Part shown: positions 58,695 to 64,000 of the stretch, in pieces
How the letters are laid out: each line of letters starts with the position of its first letter
How positions within the stretch are numbered: position 1 is the stretch's first letter
From: Candidatus Binatia bacterium
Lineage (GTDB): Bacteria; Desulfobacterota; Binatia; UBA9968; CAXXLF01
Direction: 5' to 3'
Assembly: GCA_963664015.2 (NCBI GenBank)
Contig: CAXXLF010000002.1
Coordinates: 1,952,001-2,016,000, forward strand
Length of the DNA: 64,000 bases
Program-made: the position numbers and the translations under genes
The notes under the pieces: generated by a model
The model's input: only the letters and a program-made list of their open reading frames with translations
Databases searched by the model: none
Told to the model about the DNA's origin: nothing

Positions 58695-60404
58695 GTGGAC
58701 ATTTTGACCACGACTGACCAATCTTCGGATAACACAATCGCACGCATTGTATTTTGGACAGTTGCTGTGGCCGTCCTGTTCATACGCCTCGGTGATCACG
58801 GGTTGTGGGGCTCCGAGGGACGTTGGGCGGAGATTGTCCGGAACATGCTCCTCACGGGGGACTATTTTCACCCCTTTATCAACGATGAGGTCTACTTTGA
58901 CAAGCCGCTGCTGTCCTATTGGTTGATGGCGGCGAGCACCGTACTTACCGGCGGAGCTTCCGAACTCGCCATCAGGATTTCGTGCGCTCTGGCGGGCCTC
59001 GCTGCGCTCGCGGCCACTCGATCGGTGGCCCGTAGGCTGTGGTCGGAGGATGTGGCTCAGATCGCCGGATGGCTGCTGCTGACCAATTACAGCTTTCTCC
59101 TATGGTCGAGAACGGCGGCGTCGGATATGGGGAATCTTGCGGCCATCATGATCGCTGCCGCTTGGTTCTTTGCACGTGAGCACAAGCAGGGTATCTCAAC
59201 CTACTTGGTATTTTATCTGATCCTGGCCCTTGGAGGCCAGATGAAAGGGCTCCTGGCAATGGTAGTACCGGCCCTGGCTCTTCTCCCCTGGCTTCTGCGT
59301 GAAGGGCGCTGGAAGAACCATCTCAAGGCTTCCCACGGTATCGCCATAGGGGTCGGCGCCGGGCTTTATTTAGCACCGTTCTTGTGGTCCGCGCACCAGC
59401 CACTGCCAGAGGGTTACAGCCTCCAACGCGAAGGGTTGGGGGGGGTGGAACTTGTCATTCGCGAGAACATCACCCGCTTTTTCAGCCCGTTCGATCATGC
59501 CGGCCCCTGGTATCTCTACTTCTACGAGCTACCCCGCTGCCTATTGCCTTGGTCCCTTCTCTTTGTCGGAGCCTTAGGAGCCAAATTGAAATCTTTCAAG
59601 GGCCTCGACCGCCACACGCGCTGGCTCGTAGAGGCCATCGCCGTCATCTTTTTGTTTTTCTCCGCCTCCGGCTCGAGACGCTGGTACTACATTCTGCCCA
59701 TCGTGCCCTTCTGTATAATTCTCATTGGAGTGTTTCTAACCGAACCAGGCTGGCAGCGGACTAAGCGTGCCTGTCTGTGGATCACTGGAGCGGGATTCTT
59801 TCCGGCGACGGTACTATTTCTCGTCTCACCCCTCTTGTGGCCTCTGGTGGAAGAACGCGGGTTCGTTCCCGTTGACGTGTTGCGTTATGGAACGATTGTG
59901 GTTGGTATCCTATCACTAGCGGTTTTGACCGTCCATTGGGTTCGGCCTCAGTTTCTGGCTCGGTATACGGGAACCGATCGTAGTCTGGCCTGGCTGGTTG
60001 TCGCTTTTATGGTCGTTTTGGGTGGAGTGTTTGCCGTGCAACGTCCCGGTATGGAGGTTTATCGGACAAAGAAAAGCTTTGTGGTTCAACTCCGAACCCT
60101 CGTGCAACGTCCCGAGGATCTCGTTCTCTTTATGCCCTTTGTGCATGCCGAAATACTGTTCTACCTCAATCAACCGCAGCCGGTGGCGAACCCGCGAAAT
60201 TCTGACGATTTACGCCGCACGTTGACTCGCAGTAGTGGTCCCAAGATCGTCGTCGTTCAAAAAGCCTGGCTAGCGGATCTGCAACAAGCGGTGCCAAGCG
60301 TAAAAATCGATAAGCCGGTGGCGGCCGAGAAAGTTATGCCTTGGGAGAAAGATCGAAAAGGTAAAAAACTCTTTGCCTTCCGGATTGTCCCGCAGCCATC
60401 TTGA
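58695..60404 (+). CDS. ArnT/PMT-family glycosyltransferase (second copy)
   Basis: 'EGRWAEIVRNM', 'YFDKPLLSYW', 'MKG', 'DHAGPWYLY', 'SRRWYYILP'. Confidence 0.88.
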   Translation: MDILTTTDQSSDNTIARIVFWTVAVAVLFIRLGDHGLWGSEGRWAEIVRNMLLTGDYFHPFINDEVYFDKPLLSYWLMAASTVLTGGASELAIRISCALAGLAALAATRSVARRLWSEDVAQIAGWLLLTNYSFLLWSRTAASDMGNLAAIMIAAAWFFAREHKQGISTYLVFYLILALGGQMKGLLAMVVPALALLPWLLREGRWKNHLKASHGIAIGVGAGLYLAPFLWSAHQPLPEGYSLQREGLGGVELVIRENITRFFSPFDHAGPWYLYFYELPRCLLPWSLLFVGALGAKLKSFKGLDRHTRWLVEAIAVIFLFFSASGSRRWYYILPIVPFCIILIGVFLTEPGWQRTKRACLWITGAGFFPATVLFLVSPLLWPLVEERGFVPVDVLRYGTIVVGILSLAVLTVHWVRPQFLARYTGTDRSLAWLVVAFMVVLGGVFAVQRPGMEVYRTKKSFVVQLRTLVQRPEDLVLFMPFVHAEILFYLNQPQPVANPRNSDDLRRTLTRSSGPKIVVVQKAWLADLQQAVPSVKIDKPVAAEKVMPWEKDRKGKKLFAFRIVPQPS

Positions 60405-60492
60405 TGCCAGTGCCGATTCCAGGTAAGGCCGTGGGCCTCGGGGCCAGTCCGGTTCGGCGACTGTCAACACGAAACGGTTCTACGGTCCGAAT

Positions 60493-60521
60493 TTGACATC
60501 ACCCCCATCCTCGCCTAACCT
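60493..60521 (+). promoter_or_regulatory. sigma70 promoter of dinB
   Basis: TTGACA-N17-TAACCT ending 11 nt before ATG 60533. Confidence 0.65.
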
Positions 60522-60532
60522 CAAGAACGAAT

Positions 60533-61654
60533 ATGCGCTGGTATTTTCATATCGACATGGACGCCTTTTTTGTCTCCGTCGAGCGGGTGTTCAACCCTGA
60601 ATTGAATGACAAACCGGTGATGGTGGGCGGTGCCAGTGGACGTGGCGTGGTGACCTCCGCATCTTACGAAGCGAGAAAATACGGAGTCCACTCGGCGATG
60701 CCTGGTTACCAGGCTCGGCGGCTCTGTCCTCAGGGTATCTTCTTGCCCGGCAGGCGACGGGTCTATAGTAATTATTCCAAAAAGGTCTTTGCGATTCTGA
60801 ATGAGTATTCACCTTCCGTTCAAGCACTTTCCATTGATGAAGGGAGGGTGGAGCTTACCGGTACGGAAAGGCTTTTCGGCCCCCCGTTGAAGACGGCTCA
60901 TGGATTGATTGCCCGACTAAAATTGGAGTTGGGTCTCCCTAGTTCAGGCGGCCTCTCGACCAGCAAAACCCTGGCCAAGATCGCGGCTACCTATGCCAAA
61001 CCCCACGGACTGATCTATGTCTCTCCCGGTCAGGAGAGGGTTTTTCTCGGGCCTCTTTCTGTACGCGCCATTCCTGGAGTCGGCCCCAAGACCTACAAAG
61101 TCCTGCTGGATCGGGGTATCGAGACCATCGGCGACCTTTTGAAAGACCAAGAGCTTGAAGACCGGTTCCTCGACCTCGATGGAGCCAAGAGGGCAGAGCA
61201 TTCCCATGATCATTCCATTGGAAGCGAAACGACGCTGGATCAACCGTTGCGTGACCGGGAGAAGATGGAAGAGGTGCTGTGGAAATTGGTGGAGGAGGTT
61301 GGTGCCAGATTGCGCCGGCAGGAAAGCTACGCCCGCTGTATCACGGTCAAGATCCGCTACGCCAACTTCGCTACCCTGACCCGCTCCCGGACCGTCACGC
61401 CCCCAACACGTTTCGACCGAGAGATCTATGCCGTGGCCCGTGACCTTCTTGGAAAGAACCTTGCCCACGGAAGACCCGTGCGCCTCTTGGGCGTCAGCAT
61501 GAGCGGCTTGCAGAAATCCGGGTGGCAGGAATCCATGTTCGACTATGAAAAACGCAACTCTTTAGACAACCTCTACCATGGCATTGACCAACTGCGGCGA
61601 AAGTACGGAGATGAAGTGGTCGGATCTGCTAAAACCCGCGACACGGATCGTTGA
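60533..61654 (+). CDS. dinB: DNA polymerase IV
   Basis: 'HIDMDAFFVSVE', 'ASYEARKYGVHSAM', 'SIDE', 'AKPHG', 'VRLLGV'. Confidence 0.96.
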   Translation: MRWYFHIDMDAFFVSVERVFNPELNDKPVMVGGASGRGVVTSASYEARKYGVHSAMPGYQARRLCPQGIFLPGRRRVYSNYSKKVFAILNEYSPSVQALSIDEGRVELTGTERLFGPPLKTAHGLIARLKLELGLPSSGGLSTSKTLAKIAATYAKPHGLIYVSPGQERVFLGPLSVRAIPGVGPKTYKVLLDRGIETIGDLLKDQELEDRFLDLDGAKRAEHSHDHSIGSETTLDQPLRDREKMEEVLWKLVEEVGARLRRQESYARCITVKIRYANFATLTRSRTVTPPTRFDREIYAVARDLLGKNLAHGRPVRLLGVSMSGLQKSGWQESMFDYEKRNSLDNLYHGIDQLRRKYGDEVVGSAKTRDTDR

Positions 61655-61808
61655 GGTTTAACCGAAAACATGCCAAAGATATTTAAAATTTCGGGCTGAT
61701 GACATTTTTTGTCAGGATGCTTAACCTATCTCGCCTCGTGGAATAACACGGTGAATGAAAAGATAACGCGTCTGTGGAAGGGATATTCCACGGGGTGAGC
61801 CACAAATA

Positions 61809-61960
61809 CGCAAAGGACGCCAAGGGCGGAGAAAAACAAAATTCTTTTCTTTGCGGGCTTGGTTCACCCAGAAGCTGATCCGTCCTCTGGCGGAGTCTTA
61901 GCGCGAAATCCTCCTGCGCTACGGCTTCGGAGGATCTCCCGAAGCCTTGGCGAATGGCGA
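61809..61960. repeat. Nested REP-like/miniature inverted-repeat mosaic
   Basis: CGCAAAGGACGCCAAG ... CTTTGCGGGCTTGG-[TTCACCCAGAAGCTGATCCGTCCTCTGGCGGA]-GTCTTAGCGCG, then GCTTCGGAGGATCTCCCGAAGC-CTTGGCGAA. Confidence 0.5.
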
Positions 61961-62015
61961 AACTTTCTTGACGTCGTTCTGTCGAACATTTGACAGGGAA
62001 GAAGCTAACTTAACC

Positions 62016-63050
62016 ATGCCAAATTCCAACACGACCTTTCTCGCGACCTGCCGTCGTAAAAAAACGCCTTACACACCTGTTTGGGTAATGCGGCAAGCCG
62101 GTCGCTATATGAAGGAGTATCGAGAGCTACGGGCAAGGGTCGCTTTTCTCGACCTTTGCAAAACCCCCGAACTGGCTGCCGAGGTCACCTTGATGCCGGT
62201 CAATCGATTGGGTGTCGACGCAGCCATTCTTTTTAGTGATATTCTTTTGTTACTGGAACCCATGGGTGTAGGCCTGGAATACGCCAAGAACGATGGGCCC
62301 CTGATCCACCGTCCCATCCGTACGCCAAAGGATGTGGAGAATTTGATTGAAGTCGATTCGTTGCAGTCCCTCCCCTTTGTGTTCGAATCGATCCGCAAGG
62401 TGGTTGCCGCCCTCGACGGACGGGTCCCGTTGGTCGGATTTGCCGGTGCACCTTTTACCCTGGCGGCCTATCTCATTGAGGGAGGGGCGTCACGTGACTA
62501 CCTTCGCACCAAACGGTTTCTTTTCGCCGATGCTGAGGCGTGGCATGCGCTGATGGATCACTTGTGTCGAGCATTGGTTCAGTATCTCAACGAACAGATT
62601 GCAGCGGGGGTTGGTGCGGTACAGCTCTTCGACAGCTGGGTGGGTTGTATGGCTCCGGAAGAATACCGCAGGTACGTTCTTCCCCACATGAAGAAACTGA
62701 TCGCTGCCTTGACCCCTGGAGTCCCCGTAATTCATTTCGGAACCGGGACCTGCGGGCTACTGGAGATTATGCGTGAAGCCGGGGGGGATGTACTGGGTCT
62801 TGATTGGCGCGTAAATCTGGATGAGGCGTGGGGGCGCATTGGATACGATGTCGGAGTCCAGGGAAACCTGGATCCGGCCCTACTCTTTTCTTCACCCACG
62901 GAGATTCGCAGCCGTGTAGGAGAGATCCTGAAACGTGCCGGTGGAAGGCCAGGGCATATCTTTAACCTGGGTCACGGCGTTCATCCTGAAACCCCGGTAG
63001 AGCATGTGATTGCCATGGTGGAGGCCGTACATGAGCTCAGCTTGCGTTGA
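62016..63050 (+). CDS. hemE: Uroporphyrinogen decarboxylase
   Basis: 'PVWVMRQAGRY', 'DAAILFSDIL', 'GFAGAPFTLA.Y', 'QLFDSW', 'QGNLDP', 'IFNLGHG'. Confidence 0.97.
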   Translation: MPNSNTTFLATCRRKKTPYTPVWVMRQAGRYMKEYRELRARVAFLDLCKTPELAAEVTLMPVNRLGVDAAILFSDILLLLEPMGVGLEYAKNDGPLIHRPIRTPKDVENLIEVDSLQSLPFVFESIRKVVAALDGRVPLVGFAGAPFTLAAYLIEGGASRDYLRTKRFLFADAEAWHALMDHLCRALVQYLNEQIAAGVGAVQLFDSWVGCMAPEEYRRYVLPHMKKLIAALTPGVPVIHFGTGTCGLLEIMREAGGDVLGLDWRVNLDEAWGRIGYDVGVQGNLDPALLFSSPTEIRSRVGEILKRAGGRPGHIFNLGHGVHPETPVEHVIAMVEAVHELSLR

Positions 63051-63089
63051 CGATACGTCCTCAGCGCACAGCTTTTCCAATAAACTTCA

Positions 63090-64000
63090 ATGAGCTATCG
63101 GGCGATAGTCGTAGGTGGCGGTATTTCTGGTCTGGCGGCTGCCCACCGCCTGTTGGAACTTGCCCACCAAACGTCACGTTCCATAGAGGTCACGCTGCTT
63201 GAGGCTGGTCCGCGGCTCGGCGGGGCTATCGGTTCCGAGCGAAAAGACGGATTTCTGATAGAAGGCGGCCCCGATTCTCTGATTTCCGAAAAACCTTGGG
63301 GGATTCGACTCTGCGAGCGCCTGGGCCTTTCATCCGCGCTGCGCTCCGTACAGCCGATACGTCAGAGCCTCTATGTCGTTTACGAGGGATCGCTGGTCCC
63401 TCTGCCTCAGGGGTTTATTCTCATGGCCCTGACCCAACTCTCTCCATTGATACGCACAAAGCTTTTTTCCTGGCCGGGTAAATTCCGAATGGCCATGGAC
63501 CTCGTCTTACCGAAAGGTAAGGGGGGTGGTGACGAGAGCTTGGCCTCCTTTGTCCGCCGCCGGTTGGGTCAGGAAGTGCTCGAGCGAGTGGCTCAGCCCC
63601 TGATCGGCGGGGTGTACGGGGCCGACCCTGAGGAGTTGAGCCTGCTTGCCACTATGCCCCGCTTTCTGGAAATGGAGCGGATGCGGCGTAGTGTCATATG
63701 GGCGACCCGAGTCGAACAAAAGAAGCGAGTCCGGCTCCAAGGGGCGACCAGTGGTGCGCGCTGGAGTCTCTTTGTCACCTTGGCCGGTGGGATGCAGCAG
63801 CTCGTGGATGCCTTGGCGGCCAAACTTCCCGAGGGGAGCGTCCGGTTGGAAACTCAAGTTGTTGGTTTAACACGCTGCGAGGCTGATAGCACCTGGCACC
63901 TGACGACCGATCGAGGTGACGAATTCAGCGCAGACGGCGTGATCCTTGCCCTACCGGCGTATGGCGCAGCTCAGATCCTTTCACCGGTGGCGACCGAACT
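63090..64000 (+). CDS. hemY: Protoporphyrinogen/coproporphyrinogen oxidase HemY (3' truncated; absent from ORF track)
   Basis: Hand translation MSYRAIVVGGGISGLAAAH..RLGG..EGGPDS..DESLASFVRRRLG..QPLIGGVYG; no stop in the part translated, consistent with running off the window end. Confidence 0.93.
   Translation, partial: MSYRAIVVGGGISGLAAAHRLLELAHQTSRSIEVTLLEAGPRLGGAIGSERKDGFLIEGGPDSLISEKPWGIRLCERLGLSSALRSVQPIRQSLYVVYEGSLVPLPQGFILMALTQLSPLIRTKLFSWPGKFRMAMDLVLPKGKGGGDESLASFVRRRLGQEVLERVAQPLIGGVYGADPEELSLLATMPRFLEMERMRRSVIWATRVEQKKRVRLQGATSGARWSLFVTLAGGMQQLVDALAAKLPEGSVRLETQVVGLTRCEADSTWHLTTDRGDEFSADGVILALPAYGAAQILSPVATE

Noticed and set aside
60524-60537. LexA box at dinB (AGAACGAATATGCG)
   Set aside because: Two mismatches in the GTTC half-site, and the LexA motif of this lineage is unknown.

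Overview
Bacterial chromosomal window with no phage, CRISPR array, rRNA or transposase. Its gene repertoire (many LLM-class oxidoreductases, cupins, a Bug/Tct transporter, F420 synthesis) resembles Candidatus Binatia/Deltaproteobacteria-like lineages; this is an inference, not a database result. Layout: (1) 1-20.4 kb is intact: yidC-jag, an LLM oxidoreductase, larC, bioFAD, hisC, a CNNM/CBS protein, recD2, a second LLM and a complete F420 operon cofG-cofH-cofD-cofC-cofE-fno. (2) 20.4-38.9 kb is an eroding accessory zone around tRNA-Leu(CAA). It holds many nonsense and frameshift pseudogenes and deletion scars (glnB next to a molybdoenzyme tail, an alpha/beta hydrolase joined to an Ldh-family tail, a truncated GAF/sigma54 regulator) mixed with intact genes (gloA, histidine phosphatase, ppiD, Zn-ADH, ABC permease, OCD, CysC-like kinase). 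(3) 39.2-52.4 kb is an intact co-oriented catabolic cluster I cannot assign to a known pathway: bicupin, heme-oxygenase-like dimetal oxidase, TctC, two tandem Mer-like LLM paralogs, HyuA, HyuB with a fused acetone-carboxylase-gamma-like Zn domain and apparent ACG start, TctA/B, and a NahE-like aldolase. This is the best candidate for a novel system. (4) 52.9-60.4 kb is an arn-like cluster with two ArnT genes, split ArnA halves and no arnB. (5) dinB, hemE and partial hemY/G close the window. REP-like hairpin mosaics and several apparently leaderless promoters are also visible.
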